In this document: positions 37,952 to 52,020 of the stretch, one piece after another
How the letters are laid out: the number at the start of each line of letters is the position of its first letter
Position numbering within the stretch: position 1 is the first letter of the stretch
Assembly (NCBI RefSeq): GCF_008831285.2
Contig: NC_045138.2
Coordinates: forward strand, 12,400,001 to 12,464,000
DNA: 64,000 nt
DNA from: Nymphaea colorata
Taxonomy: Eukaryota
Reading direction: 5' to 3'
Made by a program: the position numbers and the translations under genes
The notes under the pieces: model-generated
The model's input: only the letters and a program-made list of their open reading frames with translations
Told to the model about the DNA's origin: nothing
The model's database searches: none

Positions 37952-40481
37952 TCAGACATGCGGTACATATGCATTGAATCTTGGAGTGTAGAAGTAGATG
38001 GGCCTTCGATTGGCAGGTTGTACTGGCCTCGCATTAGCCTCGTAATTCTGTTATCAGAAAGGCAGAAGAATAGGAATCAGACACTTTAGTAGCCAAAGAC
38101 ACCACGAGACATTGTTCTGCGATGGCCAACTGGCAAATTAAGTCAAAGCTCTTCATTAGTTTTAAACAAGTGTATATCACAAAAAAATGGAAAAGAAAAG
38201 GGGCAGACAGCTGATTTTTAACACATATATATATATTGGCAAAGCCTAAATCACTTATGTGAAAGTACGAAAAAACTAGTCGTCTTAAACTTTTGCTAAA
38301 AATTATTGTAAACAACACGAAACATTGTAATGTATTTGTAAATACTAATTGTATCGATAAACACCGTCACAAAAGGTGCATTTACAACCACAAGTTGCTT
38401 AGCCACCGTTTTTAATTATAGAGTGCAGTATTCAGCGTGGCTGGCTGGTTTCAAAATATGTGTAAAAAGGTATGGTTATGAAAAACAAAGATTTGAAAAT
38501 ACAAGTTAAGTTTGTGCCAACTTACGATGATTTGGACGGGAAGAAGAATTAAAAAAAAAGGTGTATACTCACGTCGTGGACCGCGTCCTTCAGCAACTTC
38601 ACCTGCTCCCTGGAAACTGTCCTCACCTGAAATCCACCCCATGTAAACATGTCAAAAGACGAAACTTAATAATATTCACACGGTTTCCCAAAGTTCACCG
38701 AGTTCTTTGATTTCTGCGGCGGAAAATCTAGCAGAAGTGAATAATAATAATAGTCATAGTAATAATTGCAGACTTAATTACCTTCTTAGATATGGTCCAG
38801 ATGACGCCCTCGGTGCATGGAGGAGTGGTGAGGGATCCCAAGTATCTGTAGTACTTCCTACTCCCAATCTTCACTCCCCTAGGATCCAAAATGCCCGCTT
38901 CCATCTCCGCTTCTTTCTTGTCGATAACCTTCTTTATCTCATCGCTCAACTGTAGAAGCAATAGATCGCCTCAAATTAATCATCTCACTGATGGTCTTTC
39001 CCACCATTCAGATGATGCAGAAAACGCGTTCGACATAACATCACAGAGAGAGAATACTAGCCTGCTGAAGAAAGGTGTCTTGGCGGCCGATCTTGTAGAG
39101 GATTCCCACGACAGCAGTCTGGTTGTCTTCGGTTTGATGGACCATGTGGAGCTCCAGGTCGTATCTCCTCCCATTGATCGTGTGCTCAGAGGGAGAATGC
39201 CAATGCAATTGTCTCAGAAAGAACTCTGTCCCGTTTATGTACATGGCTCCCGCTCCGCTCTCCCATTTCAACTGCTCCCCACAACAAAAATAAAGCGCCA
39301 GTTAACAATTCCACACCCGCATATTCATGATCACAGCAAACCGATATCCTTCTAACATCCATTCGATCACTCTGTTATAGAGCTCATCTATAAATCCAAG
39401 AAACACAGGATTTGTTCATCATGGGTTGCAGCTCGACTATAAAACTCACTGCTCATTATGACAGACTCTGAGGAACCTACAGCAAACGCCTATTTAAATA
39501 CTGTGATCCTGTGATCTAAAGCCGTTTCCTGCTAAAGGTTATACCTTGTATGCAGATCACAGACCCAAGGAAAGAAAAACAGAGAAAGACATATAACAGT
39601 AGAATAGGAAAAGCAAAGCTAAAATTTTCGGCCCCAGTCACGGATATGACTAGCATATGATCATTTCTTTTAGGAGGAAAAAATTGAGGATAAAACCTTA
39701 CCATGATATCATGGCCTCTGTTTTTTATGGTTCCTTTTGCGGGCATGTAGGTCCTCCTGAGTCTGCCCAAGTGAGGCAACACCACGACCCTCTCATTCAA
39801 CAGATCAATGGGCGACTGCATGCGCCCACGGCTGCAATTGCTCCACTCCTTGTGAAGCTCTCCCCAGTGTTCCGGACCCTTCACGCTCCCTTTCCGATAA
39901 TCAAATTCCTTTTCATCCTCTGCAAGAACATTCATTAGTCAGAAACAGGTCCATTAACTCTCTCTCTCTCTCTCTTTCTCTGGGCATCGATGATGGATGT
40001 TAGTATTTGGGTTGAAATCTTGGTGCAGAAATCTAGACGTCTTTTCTTGCTTATGTACCAAGAATTCCTTCTCCACTTTGATTTATGCATTGCATGTCAA
40101 ACTGATCTAGAACTCCTTTTTAACACAGAGTCGGAGTTTTCTAGAGCAGCAAGCAGAGGATACATGCTCAGGAGAGATTCAAACTCATGGCATGTATCCT
40201 TGCAACTGGGTGACACGTTCAAATGCGATTGCTATCAGATGATGAGGTGTACTACTGTAAAAGATGAGCAGTAATTCTGGAGGAGCCCCAAAGGATTGGA
40301 GTCAGACAGCAACCATTTTAAACATAAAAGCAGAAAAGCAGAAAGCAAGAGAAAGCAAGAAATTAATGAGGAAACCAATGAAGCTCGTATTACCAACTTC
40401 CTGAGAGGCAACTAAAAGAGGATAGGCAGCAAGGAAAGCTAAGGCATGAAGAACAAATAGAACGCTGAGGAAGGAAGCCAT
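37952..40481 (-). CDS. Alpha carbonic anhydrase (ACA7/nectarin-III-like), copy 1, 6 exons, 277 aa, with signal peptide
   Basis: Exons 40481-40394, 39919-39702, 39271-39062, 38949-38782, 38626-38573, 38047-37952 (834 nt). Hydrophobic N-terminus, GPEHWG, QSPIDL, NRGHD, zinc ligands [10 protein letters not shown]...[22 protein letters not shown] and NARPVQP. Intron 3 needs a GC donor. Confidence 0.94.
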
Positions 40482-42219
40482 CTTCTCTTTCTACAACTCC
40501 AAGATGCAAGCTTCCTTTCTTGTGAAAGAGTTGTTTAGTGCAGGGTTGTCCTTCGGCCTCATATATAGAAATACAGGAATCAACACGAGCGACGATCGTT
40601 TGACGTCGTCAAACATGTAGGACGATGGTAGGTCGTAATTTAATATGAAAAGATAAGATCTGGCCAAGGAAGGGGTCCGGAACTTAAGTGATCTTCCCTA
40701 ATAAAAACCAGAAAATACAAATAAAATAACTATAAATTATTTGTGGCGTTCTCCTCACTTTATGCACATTGGCCACTTCATTTTTCAATACAGTGTCCAT
40801 AGTTAATGGCGCTGGTGTGGGCAATTGCCTACACCAGCTACAAAGTAACTCCGCCACTAGTTCATCAAACTAAGGATCTTAATCATCAAACTAAGGATCT
40901 TAAGTAGTATATCAAACACATACTTGAAATCCTTATTTAACCTTTTTTTTATTAAGAAAATGACTCGTTCAACATCGGAGGGAGAGTTTTTGATCTAAAA
41001 ATACCTGTTTTTCAAACTCTGAGGATTTATATGATATGTAATCAAACAGCTTCTAAAGGTAATTTATATTGCCACAATGAAAAGATAAAAAATAACTTAT
41101 TTTCCAATATGGTACAACCCAATATCATCATGACTGGTTAATACAGGCTTATTAATCAATGCCCATAAAATCTAAAAAAGGATTTGGCTAGCAAAGCTGC
41201 TGGTTCAGTAAACGAAACTGAGAGTTGAATCGATTGCGAATGAACAACAAATGTTATTGTACGTAATTCTAAAAAAATAAAAAAATTAATTCGGGAAGTA
41301 AAAGGTTCTAAATTTTTAACTAATAAAAAAGTATGACATGTGGTTCATCTTTATGTCAATTGATGAATGCGGCCGATTCAATTAGAATCGTCCAACTCCC
41401 GGCTGTCAAGATGGACAGCAATGTTCAAATGTGTGAACAAGTACGAAGAAAACGTGGAGTTTATGGTTCGTGTACAATTCTTTTTTCAATGGCAGTCACG
41501 AATATAACGTCAGCAAATTCATGACAAATATCAAGACGTTTATTTCAATGGTACTTGACGTACTATCGAGAAAAATTGCAATAATATTTCTTATATATAT
41601 ATATATCATGGTCCAAAAGATCAGAGTTGGTTGGCCAAATTTGACGAAATGATATCTTAACAATGTTGAGATTTTATGAGTTTTCTAGACTTTTATTTTT
41701 CAAACACTCAGAATAAAGGTATACTCAAACGTCACAAAAACTGTTTTTGAAAGTTCGTCTGAAATTTCTACGGAATTATTCAGACAACTTTTCATGACAT
41801 GGTCTACCGATGGGTTAATTTTATTACTCCAAAGGAAAAGTCTCACTAACAACTTGAAAATTTTGCGCGCCAACGTTCCCATTGCACCTAACCCCGATCG
41901 ACTACAAATATATGATTATATATGCACCATTATACCCATAATGTCAATATAAATTATCGGGAAGAATAAAATTTCGATTTGAACGAGTTTGATGCATGGT
42001 TGTACTCCTGTCTAGTCTACCTAAAGGAAGCTTCCACAGTGGCTCGTAAAAGGGAAGCTTCCTTGCTCATTAACAACTGCAGCCAATCGGACCAATCCAT
42101 GGGCCTGCATTCGCTAGCACCTACCACCTTTTAGAATTCCTTGGAAATTGTGTGAAGCTTTTAACTTCATATTGTCTTTTTTCTTTTAGTTGTGAACCCA
42201 ATGGAGGTCTAGTGTCAAG

Positions 42220-42455
42220 CAGTGGCGGAGTTACTATGGGCCTTACAAAGGACGAAGTGGCGGAGTCACTATGGGCCTTATAGAGGACGGAGTTTAGTTT
42301 GATCAAACTAAACTCGAATTTAAGAAATATATTATGCAACAAAAAAATTTCAATTTTTAATCTTTTCTTTTGTGTTAATATCTTCAAATATTTGTTCTAT
42401 TGTATGGATAAGTGTCCTCAAAACTGTGAATGATTTTTTTCTAAATCCACCACTA
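42220..42455. mobile_element. hAT MITE upstream of CA copy 1
   Basis: TIRs cagtggcgga / tccaccacta and 8-bp flanks gtgtcaag/gtgtcaaa (7/8). Confidence 0.75.
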
Positions 42456-43177
42456 GTGTCAAAAGAATCCGACATTCGAAAGATTGGATTTGAAACGACA
42501 CGACGGGCAGGTTGCCTTGTGGTTAATCACTATATTCTTCATTTATTTTTTAATGTAAATTTGTCGGAAGAGGCTTTTTTGGTTTTACCATTTTGTCCTT
42601 ACAAAGAAGCGTGTTTTGTCCTCGTCATCGAATTCAATGTGACGGACGGTCGGATGGATTTTGACTTGCATGGGACCCTCTCAATTTATAGGTCCTTCGA
42701 GTTTGAGATCTAGCCCTTTTCAACTTGTGTGATCAATATTTAACATGATTGGATTAAATTAATGTAAAGTACTTTTATTAATGTTTAAATTTATAAATTT
42801 GAAACAAAGAATACGAGTAAATATGTAATTAGCTCATTAATATCTATTAATAGGGTATCAGGTCCGGCAATCGAATACCTTGCCATGTTGGATTGATGGC
42901 CAAACTTGGGTTGACTATTCAGATTACTTGAAGGCATTTTTATTGTTATAATATATATATATATATAATGCTAGCGACCTTGTTCCCCATAAATAATCCA
43001 TTTGGTCAAAGAAGCTCAAAAGATCGGACAACTTGTCAAACGCAAAAATATGAACACCGTACATGACCTGGCCGGTTTACGTGCCCAACTTTCTGGACGA
43101 GCAAAAATTGGGCCTTTCTGACCGGTTTGAAATTGACTAATATTAATGACACTTTCACATTTATGGGTCAACTTAAT

Positions 43178-43482
43178 CGTGGCCTCGAAGCCAAGTCCAT
43201 GAGAGAGAAAGAGAGGGGGGAAGAGGACAAGAAGGGTCCGTGGCCTCGAAGCCAAGTCCATTAGAAAGAAAGAGAGGGGGGAAGAGGACAAGAAGGGTCC
43301 ATGGCCTCGAAGCCAAGTCCATTAGAAAGAAAGAGAGGGGGGAAGAGGACAAGAAGGGTCCGTGGCCTCGAAGCCAAGTCCATTAGAAAGAAAGAGAGGG
43401 GGGAAGAGGACAAGAAGGGTCCGTGGCCTCGAAGCCAAGTCCATTAGAAAGAAAGAGAGGGGGGAAGAGGACAAGAAGGGTC
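43178..43482. repeat. Minisatellite, 5 x 61 bp, GA-rich
   Basis: Unit cgtggcctcgaagccaagtccattagaaagaaagagaggggggaagaggacaagaagggtc starts at 43178, 43239, 43300, 43361 and 43422. Confidence 0.95.
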
Positions 43483-45116
43483 CATAACCTCGCAATAACC
43501 TCGCAATGACACTTTAGAGTTGTGTTTGATAGTATTCTATTTTAAATTGGTGTGTTTTGGAAGATTCTTGGTTTGATAAAAATCCATACTAAGTGTTAAG
43601 AACCATGAATGAATTTAATGTCGGATGAAATAATCTGATCTTAAATCCATACCTCCCATACCCTGAGATTATAATAACCTAAGTCCTAAGATCAAGATTT
43701 GAACTGAAGATTGAACTACAATACGTCATCCAACCAAACCGTATGTCATCCAACCAAACCGATGTGGACATTTCAATTTTTATGAACGAAGAATAAAACC
43801 ATAAAATGTGGACGGAAAGCCCAGGAGAAGAAAGAATGAGGGAACATGCTTGACTTGCACGTATCCCATTTGTTCATATAATGGAAATTAATATTTTTGC
43901 GTTAGATTCCATGGAGCAGCCAGAGGAGTGGCGATTCAGCTTTTTCCTTTTTTATTTTATTTTTATTTTTATGAAGGCTTCCGAACAATTTGGCCTGTGG
44001 CCCATATGGTATGGTATGGTTGGGTTGCTTCCAACTTCGTGACGGAGACTGGAATTCAACAAGTGTAGACGGCGAGTGGGATTCAACAAGTCTAGTAGCA
44101 AAATCTCGAGCCCGTGCCTGAAACGGTAGCTGTTACCGCGGAAAGAAAAAAGTAAGAAACACGACCTTTCTTTTTCATGGGCTCTACGAGTTCCAAACGT
44201 GAGCTGGTAGGAGCCTTTGCATACACCAGCCAATGAATTTTATAAATATTGATGCCTTCTGAAACGACTCAGAATTTTCCTTTCTTAAGGGGGTCAAATA
44301 ATATTTTTGAAATTTATGCTGAACATTTTTACATATGTCAAATTAAAACATTTCAAAAGGATAAGCATAACTTTTTTTTTTAAACGTGCCTCCTCTCCTT
44401 CTGCCCCCTGATCCCTTCGACTAACAAATTTTAAAAATCTAAAATTGTTTGAATTAGTACCCCCATCGAGAAACAGTGAGTTGCACGCACTAGGATGGTC
44501 CATAAGAATTGTTTGAAACATTTTTAAGGATTTTTTTTAAATATTTTTTTTGGATTTTTAATTTTTAATTATTTTTTGTTCTTATAAAAGTTTTTTTAAT
44601 TAATGGGGCTTTAATGCATGTAACCAACTTCTCAGAGGTTCCGCCACTGTGATGAGGAAACGGAGAAGTACCTTCTTCCATATCTTATTCTTTAAAAAAT
44701 TGACGTGACTGAACCAGAAAAATCTCAACATTTCAAAGAAAACTACTTCCCGTCGCTTTTTTGTGTTCTGTTTCTGTTACTTTCCTGCATGGCCAGGATT
44801 TCTTTTGGATGCTTAGACTTGGTCGGCAGGGAGAGACTTGGTAGGTCTTGAAGAAAATGTTAAAATAAGTAATGGCTTGCTTTTTCGAAGTCAGCATCCC
44901 TGTTGCACCTCCGTTCTCGCATTAAGATATTGGACGATCCTGCTGAAATGAGCCTGGAAGCTTTTATACATGTCCAACTCTTGACTTTAAGATATTGGAC
45001 GATCCTGCTGAAATGAAACAGAAGACATGTATAATATTGGAAGCTGCCTCATTTTAAAACCATAATTGTTTGTTTTGGAGGCAACTGGGTGTACCCTTAA
45101 AAAATAAAAACCTTTA

Positions 45117-45526
45117 GGGTTGTTTGATGACCATAGAGTTTTAAAATTAAAATTTTCATTTTTGATGAAACAGAATTGTGTTATCAAACACAAACTTTTG
45201 ATTCTAGAGTTATAGGATCATTCTTGAATCAAAATTCTGAAATTGTGTTTCTACTTCTATAAGATGGAATTATGATTCTAGAAATTTAAAACTTTTTCAT
45301 CTCCCTTTGAAGCACATGTGATAATGATTTTAATTCATTAATTCTAAAATTTTTAATTCATGTTCTATCAAACGTATCATTTACAATTTTGGAATTAAAA
45401 TTCCAGACTATCAAATGCAAAGGGAATCCAAAATTGGAATTTCCACTCCAATTCTAGTGTGAAGTGGAATTTGGTTTCTTGAATTTTAATTGTAGAATCA
45501 AAATTCAAGGCCCATCAAACACATCC
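45117..45526. mobile_element. Tourist-like (PIF/Harbinger) MITE
   Basis: TIRs gggttgtttgatg / catcaaacacatcc with TTA on both flanks. Confidence 0.7.
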
Positions 45527-45799
45527 TTAATGAGTTTTGAAAACCTAATTTGCATGTTTAAATGATAAGGTAAAAACAAGGTTTTTACTTTTCAAAACTT
45601 GGTTTTTGTTTGGAGGGTAAAGATGAGTTTTTTATAAAAGACAAATTCAGTTGAATATTTAGCAAGCAATATATATATATATTATTCTTGTTCTTGTATA
45701 ATTCTCATGTATATGAATGTGAATCCATATTAATTTTCCTTCACAAACAATCATGTCATTTACAGTCAATATCTTCTTTAGTCTTTCAGACCTTAAAAG

Positions 45800-47987
45800 C
45801 TAAAAGAGGGTGTCCTCAACAATTACAATAAGTGGGTTCATTGATATCTCTGGTATAGTAGATGCTACTACACATATAATCATACTCAATTCTATGGAAT
45901 TGTTTGACCTTAAAGGAGATCTTCTATAATTTTGCACGTATGGAGTTAATTCTTCATTTCGTCCAGCCATTAATAACTTGATTATTTTTAGATGATTGTA
46001 GATAGAAACAATGCTCGTAAGGAGTCCTATTGAAACCAAGAAATATAGGCAGACCTGCCATTCAAACCTAAATAAATAGAGTTTTCAAAAAAAAAAAAAA
46101 CCTGCTAATGGAGGAATATCCCCTAGGGATAGGAGACATAGGGCTGAAGAAAGAGCAAAAAAAGGATCTTTCGTGTATAATCTTACACAATCCCAAATGT
46201 TATCAGTTTCAGTAGACCAAATAATACAATGCAAGGAAAAGTTCCTAGATTCATGGAGATATAGCACAACATAAGTTATCATGCTTGGATATCCATCATT
46301 TGAGTCTCCAACAATTATTTCAATAATTACATATCCGATTTGACCTATGGACGAATATGCAAGCATACATTTCATGTTGTTTGAGTAATAACAATGAGTT
46401 TCCCAATATCATGCTAAGAATAACTAGGATTTCTAGAAGAAGATGCCATTCATTCGATTAGAAATAGAAAGAAATATAGGAAATTCGAGTGGCTGAAGCT
46501 GAAGCAACTGCTTTCAAAGTAACAAAAAGAAAAGCAACTACTGAAGTGGTAGAGTGAGAGTCGAAAGGAGGATTCCTCACTTCTTTTTCTCATTCAAAAC
46601 CATGTATGAGGCTTTCATCCCGCATGGCTCCTAAGTGATAAAAACAAAGAAGAAATTATATTTCTTTTTTGATTATTTTCTTCGTATATGACTAGATCCA
46701 TTTGGTTTCTAAAAAATATTACTAATTTTTAACTTTTTCAGGAATCCTTCATTAATGGTTGTGAATGATTGACTTTCTCAATCTTTTCGACTTTGGTTCC
46801 ATGGGAGCTAGTCAGAAAGATTGAAAAATAGAACTATCTGATTTGATATTTTCTCAATAGCCATGAGATGATCATCTTAGGGTGATCTTTTTGTTGATGG
46901 ATGCTCCTATTTCACTCATAATCTTTGAAGGATGAGAACCAATTATGTAGCATCTACATCGCTAATTCAAGTATTTTATACGTCATTAATCTGATCTTTT
47001 GTAAAAACTACCCATAATACCGAATTTGCAAAAAAGATCTGTTTATCATAAAGAGATTGGTTGTTCTTAACCCTACTTTAAAGATCACAATCAATTTTTG
47101 GTAAAAGTTATGTCTTGATATGAGTGAGGATATCATTTCTATTCTGTATGTCCATAGAGTTTTGAAAAATTCAAACATACCTGAGAAGAGATAGATACGA
47201 AGGTAGGAATTTGTTTAACAAATTGCACTCCTTCGTATACTCCATGAGTTCATTGATGAAAAGGGGGTGGGGAGAGTTTGAACCCAATTCCTATATTGAT
47301 GGATATATGCACAATCGAAATTCTTGGAGAATTATACATTCACTATTTCTTGAAGCTTGATCTCTGCCCCGGATGAACCATATAGCCAAGAGAAACCATA
47401 AACCAGAATAGAAGAGCAGGCCCTACCCATGAACAAACATTTCGTAATAGCCCCATTAGAGTGTACATCTCTCTTGGTATATCCAAATAATAGGTAATAG
47501 CAAAAACTAAAACATTCTGGAGCTACAAAGATAGTTATTAAATCGTTAGCTCCACATAAAAACATTTCTCCAAAAGTAGCTGTTAATACAAAAAACAAAA
47601 ACTCTGTTATAGCCATTTTTGTACATTCAATGTACTCTACAGATAGAGGAATACATAAAGTTGAACATAGTAAGATAAGGAATTGAAAGATTTTGTCAAA
47701 AATTGTTTGTTTGGAAATTTCCCGAAAAGCTAATCATCGGTTCTTCTCTCCATCAGAACAATAAGGCGGTTATGCTCATCACTAAAATTGTGGAAGAGAT
47801 GAAATATAACCAATGTGCATCTTTTTGATTAGAGGTTAAATCGATTGTAAGAAGAAGAATTAGGCCAAAAATTATGATACATTTTGGGAAAATAAAGCTT
47901 CCATTGAACAAAAGCAAATGAAACACTTTCATAAAAAATTCTCATAGAATCGAGAATGAAGTTTTCATTTTGGACATGCCAGATCAT
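45800..47987 (-). pseudogene. ndhB: Plastid ndhB pseudogene with group II intron (exon 1 47987-47229, exon 2 46553-45800)
   Basis: [63 protein letters not shown] and [29 protein letters not shown]. Frameshifts and stops are present. Confidence 0.95.
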
Positions 47988-48055
47988 AAACTAGTAACTA
48001 CATCAAATCTTCAAAAATTGATAAGCCAATGATTTTTTCCGTGTTTCAGAATTCA

Positions 48056-48139
48056 GTTAACCAACATGTTACATAATTGATTACGATAAATTAGATCAGA
48101 TTTTGTAGTTTTTTTGTCTGCAGTACCTCGGCGTGACAT
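48056..48139 (-). pseudogene. rps7: Plastid rps7, 5' remnant only
   Basis: ATG at 48139 gives [26 protein letters not shown]; the rest of the gene is deleted before the ndhB leader. Confidence 0.85.
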
Positions 48140-48191
48140 GAGCATAAAAAAGGTTCAAGAATTGGTTCTATAAGGGCTAAAAACGAATAAT

Positions 48192-48995
48192 TTATTTCTG
48201 CTTTTTGACCCCATATTGTAGGGTGGATCTCCAAAGGTACGAAAGGTCTCCCTCCAAGCCATATATATGGTTTTCATCGAATACAGCTTTCTACATAATT
48301 CTATATGTATCTATGAGATTGAGTTGGAATTTTGTTTACTCGCTTGAATTGAGTATCAACTTCCCTCCTTTTCCTGCTAGGATTGGAAATCCTGTATTTT
48401 ACATATCCATACGATCCAGTCCTGGGGTTTTCAAAATAGCATAAAAAGAAGCATTTTGAATCATTGCTATGTGAGTCAGACTTGTTCTAAAAAAAGTTGA
48501 GGTATTTTGAATTCTTTTTTGACACAAAGAAAGATTGGGAAAACCTCTAAAATGATTTCAATATTGGACCATGGACATATTAATATAATAGTTTTGAATC
48601 TCTTTAAAAAGAAGATCTTTTGTCTCATGGTAGCCTGCTCCAGTACCTTTATGAAACTTTCGTTATTCGGTTAGACATATACTTCAGATGTTTATAGCAA
48701 TTCACATTTCACATGGCATCATCATCAAATGATAGAAGTCTTCGATAACAATCTACAATGCACTAGAACACCCTTGTTGATGATCTTTTACTCCGACAAC
48801 ATCTAGCATTCCTAGAAAAAAGTGATACCTCACACTGGGTAAATCCTTAACCCTTCCTACTCTTACTAATACTTCAGAATGTTCTTGTAAATTATGGTCA
48901 ATACTAGGTATTTAAGTAGTGATTTCAAATCTAGAGGTTAATCGTACTCTGGCAACTTTACATAAAATAGAGTTTAGTTTTTTGGGGGTGATAGT
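48192..48995 (-). pseudogene. rps12: Plastid rps12 3' part (exon 2 48995-48764, cis intron, exon 3 48217-48192)
   Basis: [26 protein letters not shown]...[21 protein letters not shown]...[11 protein letters not shown] / KYGVKK. Exon lengths of 232 and 26 nt match the plastid gene. Confidence 0.92.
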
Positions 48996-51900
48996 GGAAA
49001 TGTTGACGAAATAGTCATCCTTATTGTCACATATGGCTCATCATTCAATTGTTTCGAAGGAATTGGATCCTTTTCCTCGTTATGAGAATCTCCTTGCTTC
49101 TTCCACTTCATCTCGAAGAGTTACTAAAACCAATTCACTCACATTTTCATGTTTCAATTGAACACTTTCCATTTTGAATTATGATCAAGAGAGAATATTA
49201 TTCTTTTTACCAAACAATCATATGCGGATCAATTCACGATCTTATAATCTTATAATAAGAATAAGGGATATTTCTTGATCAATCTCCTTGTCCCTCATTC
49301 TTCAAGAATAAAAAGGACATTTTCGAGTTTGAATTTTGTCCATTTGGAATATGGTTTCTTTTCTTTTCTTTTTCTTTGATTTCCTTCCAACATTCCTTAA
49401 GTCCCATGGGTATTAGTTTGATTCTTTTAATCAAAAGTACTATGTAAAATCTTTGGTTTCTTTCCTCTCCGTCAATCTGTATCCCGTAGGTGCAACATTT
49501 GAATCAATTTTCTTAGATATGAATCAATATTATTATATTCCAATTCTATCTCGATACATCCCAAGGAAAATACCGAATTGGACCCCATATTGACAGATTG
49601 GCATGAGATTATCCGTGCGGTTGTGCACTCTTCGAATAGGAATAATTTTTTTGAAAGATCCCAGCGTTCGTGCTTTGGTGGGTCATCCGAAATCCTTTCG
49701 ATGACCTATGTTGAAGGGATATCTATATGATCCAATCGATTGCACAAGGCCCGCAGTAGGGATAGTATATAGAAAAGACAATCCTTTTCTATTGTCTTAG
49801 TATTTGTTAGCGATCCCGACTCAGTGAGTCCTTTCTTCCATGATGAGCTATTGGCACCAGTCCTACATTTTGTCTCTATGAACCGAGGGGAAAGGGGGGC
49901 TTAGTAGAAAGAACATTGTAAGAAGAGAGAGCAAGGAGGTCAGCCTGTTTTAAATATACGACATGGATTTTGGCAATATGTTGATCCGAATGAATAAGTC
50001 TTTTGGTGGAGGGTGAGCCAGGGCCTGCTAGTCAAGAGGATAACAAGCTACAAATTCTGTCTCGGTAGGACATGTATTTCTATTACTATAGGTTATGTGG
50101 AGTTACCATTATCCTTTTTGCCTAGATTTGCACGTGTCAAATCTCAGCAAAAACTTCTTTCTTGCATAAATATTGGGCTGGAATTGACGAACATTCAATA
50201 CCAATATTAATTTATATTTATGTTTGAATAGATACATAAATGGAGCGTGATTGGTCCTGTTATTAGAAGGTTTGATCCTTCCATCCCATATTAATTCCAT
50301 CTTAACTTAACAAATATTATTAGTTCTCTTTAATCATCTAAATTTCTATTTAGGACGTTCATGTTGGATACAATATAATCATAATCTATTCTGTATTTAT
50401 AGTTTTTTTCTTTCTAGTTTGGTTTTTCTTGTTAATGATTCTTTTCTCAATTAGACTTTACCTTTCTATTCTCTTTGCTACACATGGAATTCACTTTTCA
50501 TGACTGACATAGGTATGAAATTTTTTTTATTTTGGTATAGGCGTGTGGGGTGCATAGACATAGATCCACCAAAAATGTATTTTTTGATTTTATTCAAAAT
50601 TGGATTATTCAGGCTATGTCCATACTATTCATATTCGAGCTAGTTAGTCAAAAGAAACTGTATGCTTTAATCCAGAAAATTCTAATTCCTGAATGATCCA
50701 TAACGAGTAGCAAATGTGAACAAAACCTCTTTTATCTTCTAACTTTTAATTAATGGTAAAGAAAATATGGTAATCACATCTCGTTTAATAATTATCCGAA
50801 AATAGAATTAATTTTATTTCGATTCTAATGAGGGTTCGAGTTCGTGGTACCAATTCCACCAACGGGATTTGAGTTCCTAAGATAGGACTAAATGAAAAAA
50901 TGGGAATAAAATGCATATCTAGACCTGTTTTGTATTGCACTTATATGTGTTTGGTATTGGTATAGCACTTATCTTATACAACTTACAATGAAAGAAGATT
51001 CTTTTTTTGGTTGACCGGGTGTGCATAATTCATAATCCATATGAAATGTTTTCTAGATATGTGATGTGCTGTTCAACAATGGAAGGTATCAATTGCAATA
51101 TTTGTGGCTATTCCCTATTTCATCAACAAATCAATAGGAATAGATGCATTACATTGTACACAATTTGCATCTGTTCTAATGAACTGATGAGTAATGGAAT
51201 TGTAAATCAATTGGTATGCAGAATAGTGGACTTAATTTACTTGACTTTATCAAACGATTTTGGAAGCAAAAAAGTAGAATATGCCGAAAAGAAACATGCC
51301 ACCCCTTTGGATTGTTATTATTCTATTTCAGTAAGAAACAACAAACAGTCTTTGGTTTCGGTTAGAAATTTGTGTGATGCCTTAAGATATCCATGATTGT
51401 CCTCCGTTACAATTGTATATATAACATAACCCCATCGATACTGAAAGATCATGATGCTTTGATTATGGTATTCTCAATTAGATTCAAGCATGAATCGAGG
51501 ACGTCCACTTTATCTTATTTTATTTACTTTACTGTGTCTTTTTTTAATTCAGTTTTTTAGTTTTACTATATTTCTTATTATGTTTGATGCTCATGAACAA
51601 AAAAATGAAATTAGTTTTAGATTTTGTTTCTCGTCCCATTTATATGGGTTAGACAGTTGATGTTTTAAGGAAAAACAAAATTAAATTTCAGGTCATGATG
51701 ATGATCAAAATGATCAGATTGATGTCTAGGAGATATTATAATTTTTGGTTGTGATTGTGAAAACTTGTTGATTGATTTAGAGATCAAATTGAATCTACGA
51801 AAGAACTACTTTCCACCAATAGAAATGATGGCAAAATACGAGCTTTTTTTTAGATGAAACCATTTTTAATGAATCCTTGATACTTGTTGAAGTTTGAGAT

Positions 51901-52020
51901 TAGTTAATTTATCATTTACCATCAAACCACTTTCGCCCTTTCCAGTTTATAGGAAGGAAGAAGGAAAAAAGACAACTCCAATCCTAATTTGATTGATGAT
52001 TTTGAGGATCCGTTTGCTGT

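Noticed and set aside
38891..39355. 154-aa plus-strand ORF, and its twin at 61284-61748
   Set aside because: Antisense shadow of CA exons 3-4; it recurs only because of the duplication.
43178..43482. Regular repeat array as CRISPR
   Set aside because: Units are head-to-tail with no unique spacers, there are no cas genes, and the context is eukaryotic.
50828..50855. gggttcgagttc as a tRNA T-arm
   Set aside because: No cloverleaf or matching 5' half could be built.
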